Below, piece after piece: positions 14,340 through 26,344 of a DNA stretch of 64,000 nt. The stretch lies in NCBI RefSeq assembly GCF_009914755.1, contig NC_060932.1; one strand, 5' to 3'. Within the stretch, counting starts at the first letter, position 1, and every line of letters starts with the position of its first letter. The position numbers and the translations under genes are program-made. A model generated the notes under the pieces. It searched no databases, had not been told where the DNA came from, and was given only the letters and a program-made list of their open reading frames with translations. Origin of the DNA: the human T2T-CHM13v2.0 reference genome, Homo sapiens.

Positions 14340-14607
14340 TAGTGCTGCATGAGTGCTAACATAAAGCAGAGTGCACTGTTTGGAGGCCAGCTTTCTAGGG
14401 GTATCTCTGACTCTGCCACCTGCCAGCTTTGGGGTCTTGAGAAGAGTCATTAATCTACTGGGTCTTAGTTTCCTCTTCTATAAAATGTGCATAATAGTAG
14501 GTATCAACTCAAAATGGTGCTGTGATATTTAAATATGTTGACATATGTAAAACAAGAGAAAATTTGGCAAATAGCAAATGCTGCATAAATGTTAAATCTT
14601 ATTATTA
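14340..14607 (+). mobile_element. MIR
   Basis: Core GGTCTTAGTTTCCTCTTCTATAAAATG; 3' end ATAAATGTTAAATCTTATTATT. Confidence 0.8.
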
Positions 14608-15139
14608 TCTATTTATACATTCTTGGGCTTTCAAAATATCAATCTAAAGGGCTTGATATGAAGAAAAATGCTGTATTTTTAGTTCCTAGTTTCCATAAAC
14701 CTTTCTGTGGCTTTATGTTGTGTTTCAGAGTCCTAATTCAATCTGATTTTGTTTTCCCTGGGGAAATAAATAAATAAATAAACTGATTATTTTTACTCTG
14801 GTATTTTTTTTCCAGAATGGAATATTTGTGTATAAACTTAAACAAGGAGAGGTGTTCCAATATTCAGGCTTGATCTTTGCTGATGTTCACCCTCGAGATG
14901 ATGGTGACCTTGGCTTTTTTTTGTGCATAACCTGTTGCCATGTTTCTCTTTGGGATTAACTATGATAAGGAGAAGATTAGATCCAACATTGTCCTCTATT
15001 TTATGGTTTAGAACTCCTTGAAGCCAGAACTATCTCATCTACTTTTAGTTATCAATATGCAAATGCCTCCCCATACAAATAGTTCAATATATTTTTGTTA
15101 AAAAATAAAATTGGTTATTGAGATTTGTGAAATTCTTAA

Positions 15140-16640
15140 ATAGAGACTCCACCGTCATCCTTACGGCAATTCTCATGTTCCTCGCAGAATAGAGAGCCAA
15201 GAAGTAAACCCACACATGCATGATCAACTGCCCTTCCTCAAGGAGGCCAAGAATACCCAGTGGAGAAAGGACATCACTTCAGAAAACAGTGCTGGGGAAA
15301 CAACTGTATATTCACCTGCAGGAGAATAAAATTGGGCTCCAATTTTGCACCATACACAAAAATCAACCCAAAATCATTTAAACACTTAGGTGTGATACCT
15401 GAAGCAGTAAAACTACTAAAAGAAAACATTAAGAAAAAGCTTCATGACATTGGTCATGTTAATGATTTCTTAGATACGATAGATAATAAAAGCACAAGCA
15501 ACAAAAGCAAAACTAAACAATAGGTCTAGATCAAACTGAACAGCTTCTGCACAGCACAGGAAACAACAAGAGAGTGAAAAGGCAACCTAAAGAACGTATG
15601 GAATGGGAGAAGACATTTGTAAACCATAAGTAAGATAAGGCATTAATTTCCAAAATATATATGGAGCTCCTGCAACTCAATAGCACAAACACTAATAACC
15701 CAATTAAAAATGGGCCAAAGGTTTCAATAGACATTTCTCACATACGTAGTAGTCTGTACTCACACTGCTAATAAAGACATACCCGAGACTGGGTAATTGA
15801 TAAAGGAAAGAGGTTTAATTGACTCACAGTTCCACATGGCGTGGGAGGCCTCACAGTCATGGCAGAAGGTGAATGAGGAGCAGCGTCCCATCTTACATGG
15901 CAGCAGGCAAGGGAGTGTGTGCAGGGGAACTCCCCGTTATGAAACCATCAGCTCTCATGAGACTTCTTCACTACCACAAGGACAGTGTGGGGGAAACCAT
16001 CCCCGTGATTCTGTTATCTTCACCTGGGATTGCAAAATGGTACAGCTAGTATGAAAAACACTATGGACATTCCTCTAAAAAATAAAAACAGAACTAACAT
16101 AAGATCCAGCAATCCCAATTCTGAGTATTTGTCTAACAAAATGGAAATCAGGATCTTAAGAAGACATCAGCACCCCCCATGTGTTTAGCAGTGTTATCCA
16201 CAATAGCATAGCCAAGACATGAAAACAGTCTAAATATCACGTACGGATGAATAGATTTTTAAAAATGTGGCATACACATACAATGGAATGCTTTTCAGCC
16301 TTAAGAAACAAGAAAAGTCTACAGCTTGAGACAACATGGTTGAACCTTGAGGTTATCGTATTAAGTGAAATAAGCCAGTCACAGACAAAGGCTGCATTAT
16401 TCCACTTATATGAAGGGATCTAAAGGAGTGAAACTCAAAGGATCAGAGTAGAAGGTGGTTTCTGGAGGGAGCAGAAAGGGGCGAGTTACAAATTACAAAG
16501 TTTTCATCAAGCAAGTTCTAAAGACCTGCTGTTCAGCATTGGCCCATAGTCAATACCACTGTATTGGGTAGTTAAACATCTGTAAACAGGGTGGATCTCA
16601 TGCTAAGTGTTCTTATCATGATAAAATAAAAAAGAAAGAA
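15140..16640 (+). mobile_element. L1MA/MB 3' portion (ORF2 end + 3'UTR), interrupted by THE1
   Basis: ORF2-like peptide PYTKINPKSFKHL...VKLLKENIKKKLHDIG; ends TAAGTGTTCTTATCATGATAAAATAAAA. Confidence 0.88.
15745..16028 (-). mobile_element. Truncated THE1 LTR inside L1
   Basis: CACTGCTAATAAAGACATACCCGAGACTGGGTAATT...; stops at CACCTGGG where L1 resumes. Confidence 0.88.
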
Positions 16641-17004
16641 AGAAAAAGCAAAAATGACCAAATACTGCAGTGTCAACACACTAAGCAAGTATAGAAGTCC
16701 AAAGAAAATAATTCAGAGCTGAGGAGGAACTAAAACTTTGATGGGATCACAGGAGAACAACCCTGATGTCAGACTTAGGTCCTGTAGCAAAAGACTCAGT
16801 GAGATCAAAGGGAATTCTGTGAAGACTAATTGGAGGTGGGGTGCTAAGGCAGCGGGGAGAGGCTTTGATGGCAGCTGAGATACGGGGAAGATGCCTTTGC
16901 ACTGGACACCTCCACGGCCTCCCTGCCTCCTGGGGGACCTCAGGCTGTTTCGAGTCACCCAGGGCTCTTGCATCCTGCCTGCCTTCGTCCCCAACCACCA
17001 CCTA

Positions 17005-17560
17005 CAGTTTACATTACCACGAAAAAGAAGGCATAGAATTAGCAGCTAAAAACGACACCTGCTTATTAGCTCATGAATCTCTGGGCCAGAAGTCCGGGGG
17101 CTTGGCTGGTTCTATGTTAAGAGAATCCAGAGGCTCACACCCGGACATCAGCTGGGCCGGGCTCTGGTCGGGGATCTGGTGAATAACCCAGCTGAACTCA
17201 GTCTGGAGTGGGCTGAACCCGCACTCAGGTGGTAGGGCTGATGGTCTCTTTTCCATGCTGACATCATCGAGGACGTTCTGGGCCCCCCAGCTGCTCAAAG
17301 TCTCATGCAGCCCCTCCTTCTTCAAGCCAGCAAGGGAGTGTTGCATCCCCCAAATGCTTCAGCTCTGGCTACTTCCTCTTCTCCCATCTGTGGCAGACAA
17401 TGCTCCAAAGGTTCAGCTGAGACCTGACTGGCTCAGGACCCTTGTCCAATCCCATATCCTACAGCCAAGTGACTTAGGACCTTGGTTATACCTGCAAGAC
17501 CCTTGTATCTCTGTCCTAGACTCATGCTGATACGGTGACCAGAGGGCAGTGTTCGTGGGG
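17005..17560 (-). mobile_element. MLT1 (E/F-like) MaLR LTR
   Basis: TTATTAGCTCATGAATCTCTGGGCCAGAAGTCC...CCCTCCTTCTTCAAGCCAGCAA; diverged. Confidence 0.65.
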
Positions 17561-17639
17561 TGGAGAGGTGCTGCTTTAGCCTGGCACGACCCTTCCCCAA
17601 AATGGGAGAGAGAGGGAGTCTTTTCAACATTGTTTCATT

Positions 17640-19390
17640 TTGTTGGATTTTTAAATATCCTACTTTTCCACATTTCAAGGAGTTATACAAAATAAAAAAG
17701 AGAAAACTTCTGGAGTCATTGTTTGAGGGAATTATAATCTTGATACCAAAATTGGGCAAGCAAAGAACAAGTGCAGGTGATTAAAGGCAAAGTCTTTCAT
17801 GGATGTATTCTTAGATGATCAATGCAAGAGACATGAATTCAATAGTGCCTTAAAAATGCACCATGTACAAGTAGGGTTTATATCATGAGTGCAAGGATTA
17901 TTCAACATCCGTGCATCTGTCAACTCAAATCACCACATAATTTATTAAATGGTAATAGCCATCTGATCATTCATCTAAAAGCAAAGGAGCATTCAATAGC
18001 AATCAGGAGTCATTTATGATAGTAAAAAATATTTCTAGCCTATGAATACCAGGAAACTTTTTCAAGATGATAAAGAAAATCAACAAAAACATTACATTTA
18101 AGAAGAAACCAGGGAAGTCACCATCACTCATCTATCTGCTCAGCATGGTATGAGAGGTTTTTATTAACGGAGAAAAAGTCTTGAAGTTGGACAAAGAATA
18201 GGCAATGGCACCACTATGTACAAAAGATGTGACTGTATACAGAGAAAATACAAGAAAATCTACCTTTCAGGACCTCCAGGTATTGTTCTTCTACTGGCAT
18301 AAGGAATCAATTACTCTGTCAGTCTATATGATTGTTATTTTTTGCATAGCATATATCCATCTTATGTGACTTTTCACTAAGAAAAAAAAACACATCAGTT
18401 TTATTAGGAAAAAGTGAATCCAGGAGACTGTCTTTCCTGCTCACAGTTCTGGAAAATGAGGACTCCTTCTAAAAGCTGGAAAAATAGTGCCAGGGTTCAC
18501 ATATAACAACAATATAGAGAAAGAATCTCAAAGGATCCTACTAAACAAAATAATGTACTAGGATACAGAGACTTTAAAGGATCCTACAAATTAAATGGAA
18601 ATGCAGTAAAAGGATAACATAGAGAGTAGTTCTTTATGAAGGCAACATGGCATTGATGTACACCAAGAGTCTAGGAGATTTGAAATTAAACATTGGAATT
18701 AGGAATCGGAATTAAAAATAAGGAATTAAGAGTTGGAACTGAAAAAAGGATGGAGCGGGCAGGAGTGTGCACCCATCCCCATACATCAAACCTCCACCAG
18801 GAGAGTACAGTGGGGACACATCTAGTGCAGTAAGGACACCTTACTCCTGAGAGAGATGTTGACAGTATTTGGGAAGACAAAGAAAATTTCTTTCTGGAAA
18901 AGTTTACTTTGATGGTAGCCATTTGGTCTTTGTCCTGGACATGTTTGGTCTTTGATTGCTGGACAGAGTACCATAAATGAAGACATAGCATTCCATACCA
19001 ACAGTAACCAAATAAAAATGCAACAGAAATAAATATATCACCAATATTAGAAACATAATAATAAATACTTAGAAATAAATCAGCCTGTGCTAAGAACTTT
19101 GTGGTAAAAATTCTAAAAACATATTCTTAGGAAATACAAACAAATGTTAATAAATGAGAAGACTCAAAACTGATAAGAAATTCTGACAAACTTAATTTAC
19201 AAAATCAATTCAAGTTTAATTTCCAGTGAGGGAGTTTTTGGACTTTGAAAAGATAATTCTATCATACACATAGAGATCCAAAGAGCCAGTGTAGCCCAAA
19301 CAACTTTCTAAACGAAGACTACGTGTAGCAAAGTCCGCTCACCAGGCATCAAGTTCCATTATTCAGCTGTAATAATTAACACAAAAAGTG
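17640..19390 (+). mobile_element. Ancient L1M ORF2 (RT region) remnants, interrupted at ~18262-18985
   Basis: ATAATCTTGATACCAAAA, CAAGTAGGGTTTATATCATGAGTGCAAGGATTATTCAACAT, AAATACTTAGAAATAAAT. Confidence 0.65.
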
Positions 19391-19399
19391 GACATGACC

Positions 19400-19505
19400 A
19401 TGAAGGGCTAGGTTTAAATCTTCCCTCTGCTACTTACCAGCTGTAGGACCAGGGGCATGCTCTGTCCTCTGCATGCCCTGTCTCCTCATTTATATCATGG
19501 GAATG
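19400..19505 (+). mobile_element. MIR fragment
   Basis: GGTTTAAATCTTCCCTCTGCTACTTACCAGCTGTAGGACC. Confidence 0.65.
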
Positions 19506-20588
19506 ATATAAATGATATAATGGAATTTTTTTCATATGGAAAACATTATACATAATGTTTGAAATTTTCTTCAAAAAAAATCCCTGGGGGGAGGCAAAAA
19601 TGGTCAGGTTTTAGACAAAACAGAAATGGCCATGAATTGAGCATAAAGTTCCCATAGCATATGCCAAGCACATAGCAATTGATCATTGTTCAAACTGGAC
19701 AATGGGTATATGAAATGGAATATACTATTAACTCTACTTTTGAAATGTTAATACAAAGACATTATATAAAAACTACTTGTAATTCTAATAAGACAATACT
19801 ACTTTACTTTAAAACACACACACACATACACACACAGCCAAATCTCATTTGCAATTGCTAATATGGTTTCAATAATTAGCTTCAATTTTCCAAAGTACTT
19901 TCAGTCTCTCATGGACTGAAAACTTTGTATTTGCTCAATAATTTCTCCGAAGGAGTTGAACAACTAATATTTTATGTGAGTAACTGACTAGTATGGAAAA
20001 GACCTGCTGTTTTCTTTCACATATTTTTACTATATATAAGAAAAACACATGCTATTGCTTGGATTTACAGTCAGATATGTCAACTTTTTCCTTATTTATT
20101 CCAGCTGGTTGGCATAATTCAAAGTGGAGCTTCTCTCAGTGTGAATTATTTGTCACTGGGTATTGCATAGAAGATGTTTTAAATAGAAAGGATAGGTTTT
20201 TTTAAACCACATTGTTCATTATACTTGGCTTAAATATTTCAGACTTCTGAAATTTCAGACATCAAGGTTAACTATATCTCCATGTATTCATGTGGACTGA
20301 ACTGTGTGATACTCTAAGACGCATACTCATGAGCATTTGGGAACTTCTCAGACCATAATGACAGGATAATTTTTAAAAGTTTGCACCTACATGAGGTTCC
20401 TATCACCATTAATTTTAAATGAAAATAGAATCTTTAGATTTTATTTATTCATAAAAAAACAAAATAATGAGTTTTTACCTGTAAAATAGAAAGTACAACA
20501 TAGCAATCAAGGGTATGTTCTTTTGAGTCAGACGGATTTCAGTTCAAAACCTGCCCTAGCACTGCTTGTGTCAGGAGGACCTGTGACT

Positions 20589-21044
20589 CACCCCGCTGAA
20601 CCTCTGCATCCTTCTGAGTCCCTGCACCCACCTGAGCCTCTGCACCCATCTAAGTCTCAGCACCCACCTAAGCTCCTGCATCCACCTGAGCCCCTGCATC
20701 CAAATGAGCCTCTGCACCCTCCTGAGCCTCTGCACCCAACTGAGCCTCTGCACCCAACTGAGCCTCTGCACCCAACTGAGCCTCTGCACCTACCTGAGCC
20801 TCTGCACCCACCTGAGCCTCTGCACCTACCTGAGCCTCTGCACGCATCTGAGTCCCTGCATCCACCTGAGCCTCTACACCCTCCTGTGCCTTGGCACCCA
20901 ACTGAGCCCCTGTACCCCCCGAGCCTCTGCACCCCCCGACCTTCTTCACCCATCTGAGCCTCTACACCCTCCTGAGCCCCTGCACCCACGTGAGCCTTTG
21001 CATCCACCTGAGCCTCTGCACACCCCTGAGCCTCTGCACCCTCC
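20589..21044 (+). repeat. 18-bp minisatellite/VNTR, ~25 copies (consensus CCTGAGCCTCTGCACCCA)
   Basis: Units counted by eye; variant units interspersed; short units near 20915-20945. Confidence 0.97.
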
Positions 21045-21279
21045 CTGTGAACCCGGGGATCCTACCACCCACCGGAGCATAGAGCAAAGCTTATCCCTCC
21101 TCAGACTGCTACAGGCAAGTCACTATGCAAGTTATTTCGAGACAAAAATATAGACATTCTGCTACCATCAAAGAACTTAGCTTCTACTCAGACAGACAGG
21201 ATATCCTGAAAACTAAGACCCGTTTCAATGGGACAAATTCCTTAAAAGGGCGCAGGAGACAGGAAGACCTGATGCTCAG

Positions 21280-22330
21280 ACCCCGAGGAGAAACTGCTGA
21301 GCCGGGAAGTCCGCCTTCAGCAGAAGTCCCTGCTCCTGGCTCCCAAGCTGGCCTGGTTGAGGGTCATCAGGTCCAAAGTCGCCAGGCCCTGGGTCCCTGA
21401 GCAGCGCACGGCGGAGGCGGGGCTTGAGCCTTGGCGCAATTCCAAGCTCTGGATGCGTCCCCAGGTCACTGCCTGGAAGCAGGGAATAGGCCAGCGCCGG
21501 CTGCGCCCAGCCTGCTCCTCTCCCCTGACGGTCACAGCCGCCCCGACCTCATCGCTCTGTCCACGGCCAGAAAAAGAATTCAGGACACGGACAGAAGGGG
21601 CCAGAGGAAGAAGCGATGAGACCCGCCCTATGTCCAGGACACAACTTCCCTGCCCTTCTCGCCTGCGACGGCTCCTCCTCCACCTCCTGACCTACAGCCC
21701 AGCCCCGCGCCTGCCTCCAGGAACGGGAACCCACGACCCAGCCTCGCACCTGCCTCCAGGGACGCACGACCCAGCCCCTCACCTGCCTCCAGGGACCGGG
21801 ACCCACGACCCAGCCCCGCGCCTGCCTCCAGGGAGCGGCACCCCTACCCTGTGCGTCGTCCTCGGATTGAGGGGCCTTGCTCCGTTGCGGTGCAGGAAAC
21901 CATGGCGATGTGCGAGAGGGTCAGGGTCGTGCTGGCACAGGTAGGAGGAGAGAGTTATGACAGGAAGGAGCTTGAGCAAAACCAGGAAGGTTGGAAAAGT
22001 CAGGGAGCCAGCGGTGAACACTGAATTCCGTAGGAGGGCAAGAACTCAGGAGAAGGTCGCCGTGGCCGGTTCAGGTGAGTTTGTGTGACCCGCTCAGCAC
22101 TTCGGAGTTTGTTCTGCACCACACCGTGGGAGGTGATGGATATCGGAATGGGTTCGTTTCCAGGACTCGTCAGCTAGCCACGTGCCTGAGAGCGAGGACC
22201 CTCAGTAAGCGACATCCAGGAAAGGAGGCTGGGCCTGCAAGAATCGCCGGACTCAGGGGCCTTGGATGTGTGTTCCCTGGACTGAATGAACGGGGCTGTG
22301 CACCTCTCTGTCTGCAGCCGTACTCTCTAC
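21280..22330. promoter_or_regulatory. CpG island / probable promoter and first exon
   Basis: Only extended GC- and CpG-rich non-Alu segment in an AT-rich window; contains ACCATGG (ATG 21902) and donors CAG|GTAGGA (21940/1) and CAG|GTGAGT (22074/5). Confidence 0.8.
21698..21843 (+). repeat. GC-rich tandem repeat, ~4 units of 39/33/39/35 bp
   Basis: Core CCCAGCCCCGCGCCTGCCTCCAGGGA...CACGA starting at 21698, 21737, 21770, 21809. Confidence 0.95.
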
Positions 22331-22429
22331 CCTGTCTCAACCCCTGCTGGAAAAGAAAATAATGGAAACACGATTTTTTTCTGGAGTTATTTTTATTTAG
22401 AATTGTGATTCTAGAAGAATGAATTCATC

Positions 22430-22835
22430 CTTTTAGAAACTGTTGTAAGAAGCACGTGACATGAAATCGACCCTCTTAAGCCATGGTTGAGCGCGCACTC
22501 CCCATCTTACGACAGGCACCCTTGTGCAGCGGTCTCTAGAACTCACTCACTTTGCATAGCTCAGGGTCTGTGCTGCTTCAGCACCATCTCCTCGCATTCC
22601 TCTCCCCGAGCTCCTGCTAACCGCAGTCTAGTCTCGGTACTTGAGAGTTGGACTCCCTTAGGTTTCACATCAGGACGAGCTCATGCAGGCCTGGTCTTTC
22701 TGTGCCTGGCTTATTTCACTTAGCATGGTGTTCTCCAGGTTGCTGAAAATGAGACTTCCTTTATGAATAATATTTCATTGTAGATAGGTACATACATTGT
22801 CTTTATCTGTTCATCCTTCAATGGGATTTTCACAA
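22430..22835 (-). mobile_element. L1MA/MB 3' end
   Basis: ACATGAAATCGACCCTCTTAA...TCTTTCTGTGCCTGGCTTATTTCACTTAGCAT. Confidence 0.8.
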
Positions 22836-24829
22836 TTTGTCCATCATGTAAATCAGTCTTGATATCTGAAATAAAATACGTCTAACAGTGGAAGGTTTTT
22901 AACTGTTCATTTAAAATATATATATTAGAAGCAGCGTATAATTTCAAGCCAACAAAGCCGGACCCTGACCCTACAAACTGAGGCTCCCCTACAGCTCTGT
23001 GTGCCCCAGCTTTCCCAGGGTAAAATGGGGTGAACCTCTCACTCTCTCCACAAAACTGCCAGCAGGATTTATCTTCATGAAATATATCAGCACATCTTTT
23101 AAACTATAAATATGTTATTGTCATAGTTTGAGAGCTCAAGAGAGTGATTTTTAAACTGAAGAAATAATTCAATAATATGTCAACTGTATTTCAATTTCCA
23201 TTATGTTGCTTTATATTGTTCACTTCTGCTATTTTTTTCATCATTCATTCAGTTTCTGCACATTTCCACCCATCTGCCCAGTGAGTGATGAAACTATTGA
23301 TCAAGTGCTAGGAAATGTCATAACTTAAAATCATCCATCTTATTGTTTTAATCTGGATTTTGTTAATACAATAAAATAGAGGCTCAGGCAAGTGTATTAA
23401 GTACCCAGTTCACAGTAACAATGCACTGAAGAGCGGGGATTCACATCTGTGTCTCTGCATGTTGAGGATGTTTTTCTGTCGTGTGCTGACTGTGAGCCTT
23501 GACCAATGTGCTTTTGCCTCTGGCTTACGGCTCAGTTCCAGTTAGTCCAGCCTCTGCCATGCTCAGATCTCTCCTCCCCTGCCAGACGTGGTGGACCTTC
23601 TGGCTGGACAGTCCACTGCCTTCCTCTGCCAGCACGTTGGATGGAAATCAGAGGATGACTGCCCTGGGGCACAGTCAATCTGCAGTCTTATCCTGGAACT
23701 CTCAACATCAGGCAGCAGATGCCTTCAGTTTTAATTACTAGCCACTATGCTAAAGGAAAAGGCTGGAAAACATTAAAATTAATTACTTCTCTTCATCAAA
23801 AGACACCTTTAGAAAAGTGAAAAAGTCAGGACAATAGCAGCAAATATAATCCAGTTAGGTCATCAATTCAGAATTCCGACAAATCAATTAGAAACCATCA
23901 TAGTCATTGTCATCATCACCCCCACAGAAAGCTGGTAGGAGAGCTTAGCAGTCATCTCACAGGAGGGGACATCCAAGCTGACCACACTGGAGGAGCACAG
24001 TGCTTCCCAGGACCTTCGTATCTTCAAAGAAGTAAATGATATGAGAAAATTTCCTGGCATGTCCCTGAGCAGGAGGTGCATAAGAATATATTCAGATGTT
24101 GAGTTGATGCGGGTGGAGCAAAACTCAGGCTACATTGGATATCATTCTCCAAAACAGTCTCCTTAGAAGGGAGCCTTCTCCATCTGATGAAGACATGAGG
24201 ATGCAAAGTGCTTGGAGGAAATTAAGTGAGACCACAACTTCCCAGTAGAGAGATGGTTGAGGATTGGTAGTCAGCACTTTATGGTATCTTGTCATTTGTG
24301 AAGAAAGAAAAAGCTGTTTATGTTGATAAACAACTTGCTTTGACTGACTGAGTTGAAAGAGAGAGTGGGGATGGCTAGGAAGAGAAGAGAGAGAGCAAGA
24401 GAGAGAGAGGGCAGGAGAGAGACAGATTGAGAAACAGAGAGAAGGTGGATTAATGTTTCAATGAAGAAGCTCTGGTATCTATGCCTTGTAGGCATTTTGC
24501 ATAAGGTTTCAGGGTAGGTTTAGCATTAGATAAAATATTATGAGAAAAACAAAATTCTAAGAAGTGGTGACCTTCAGAAGATCATCATATAAGACTGGAC
24601 CCTGGACCCACTGACTAAGCTCGGAGCACCTCCTGTTGCTCCATCCTGAGGTGTGTGGATGTTTGCACAGTGAGAAAGTCCATAAGGCCAATTATTTACC
24701 CTGAACATATATTCACTTTTATTGTGCTAATGTTTCATTTGCTTGAAACTTTGGAGACCACAGGGTGCTTAAAGACATAGACTCTTTTCTAAGGAAAAGA
24801 GTTAAATGAAACTGAGTACACACTGTATA

Positions 24830-24943
24830 TATGTGTGTGTGTGTGTGTGCTCATACTATGTGTATATGAGAGCGAGAGAGACCACTGTATCTATATCGAT
24901 CTATCTATCTCTATATAGATATATGGGAGAGATATATAGATGG

Positions 24944-24998
<55 letters not shown>
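24830..24998. repeat. Compound microsatellite (TG)n / (TATC)n / (GA)~26
   Basis: Uninterrupted GA run ~24946-24997. Confidence 0.95.
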
Positions 24999-25004
<6 letters not shown>

Positions 25005-25054
25005 CTCCCAGTGAGGACAGCTTCTAATATTTATTCATTCAGTAAATTAATTAC

Positions 25055-25753
25055 TGTTAGCAGCAGTGAATCTGCACAGGTTTGCAGCAACCTCATTTCT
25101 TGCCTCCTCAGATAGAAGAATTTGACTGACGGCCACAAAGCAGAGTGAGAAATCAAGGCAAGTTATAGAGCAGGAGAGAAAGTTTATTAAAAAGTTTCAG
25201 AGCAGGAATGGAAGGAATTACACTTGGCCTTCTTCCGAGTAGGTAACTTGAGGGATCCAAGTGCCTTCTTCAGCCCTTGACTTGGGGTCTTATACACTGG
25301 CATATTTCCAGAATCTTGCCTCTCTTCTCCCCTAATTCTTCCCCTGGGGCTGGGCTATTGCGTGTGCAGTGGGCTGCCAGCACTTAGGAAGGGCTGCATA
25401 AACAGTGTGTTCACTGAAATTGTGGACAGACTCACTTGACACACTTTTCCTTTACCATTTCAGTGTTCCTAGAGCAAGCTCATATACCAGTGAAACACCC
25501 CCATTTTTCCTCTTAGGGTGCATGCTTGAGCCCACTTTCCTAGTCCTGAGATCTTACTGGGAAGCTGCTGATCACGTTTCAGGTGCTTTCCATCTATTAG
25601 GAGACTTCCTTTCCCTGGCATCAGCTGTGACCTCTTATGATTTTAGAGAGACAATTTAACAACCACCTGACCATTGCCTGATGGTCACCTGGCATTTCTG
25701 GTGGGGGTTGGGGAGCCCTCCTGCCTTGCTCACATCTGCCTAGCTAACTAACA
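25055..25753 (-). mobile_element. MER50 (ERV1) solo LTR
   Basis: TGTTAG...CTAACA; 4-bp TSD TTAC (25051-54, 25754-57); matches MER50 consensus as recalled. Confidence 0.85.
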
Positions 25754-26344
25754 TTACCGACTTTAGAATAAAGGTCCACATCACTGGATTAATAAGGCAC
25801 TGTTGTCTCTCATTGGATGTTGGCTGGCTGGTGGGATTTGCCTGCATACATACACAGAAGTAAAGAGCAGGGGAGAGAAAATATTCATAGAATCAACAAT
25901 TTAGAAATGAAATTTTTGATGATTTTCTTCACCATTATAGGCAAATGGAAGCATTTCAAATTGTAAACTCTTTTTAGAATAATGAATAATTCTTTAAAAT
26001 GAAATGTATCAATACTAGTAGGCTTTATTTGGGAACAACAAATCCACACCTTCAAATTCATTCTTAAATATTTCATGTAAGAAAGCTGTAGCACAGAGCA
26101 GTTCATCGACTTGCCAATGACCACAGCAGCTCACTGCTGGTGGAGCCGGGGCCAGGTTTGTGTCTCACTTTTTCAAACCAGTGTTCTCAAATGTCCAAAC
26201 TCATTAGTTTCAAAGTTATCACATTTTTTTAAAATCTGAAAACAAGCTGATGGCTTAGAAGCTGATGTTGGGAAGGTGCTTCCAAGTGATACAAGTTTTG
26301 CATTTTCTCTTGTAGACACCTCTTGGGAATTCACTAAACGTGTC

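Noticed and set aside
20523-21153. Five overlapping ORFs including a His/Pro-rich (PEPLHP)n 144-aa protein
   Set aside because: An automatic result of an 18-bp unit lacking stops in most frames; the PEPLHP ORF starts at a non-ATG codon and frameshifts within the array
21357-21944. 195-aa ORF across the CpG island
   Set aside because: Non-ATG start, Pro/Arg-rich composition typical of GC-rich non-coding DNA, includes the tandem repeat, no recognisable domain
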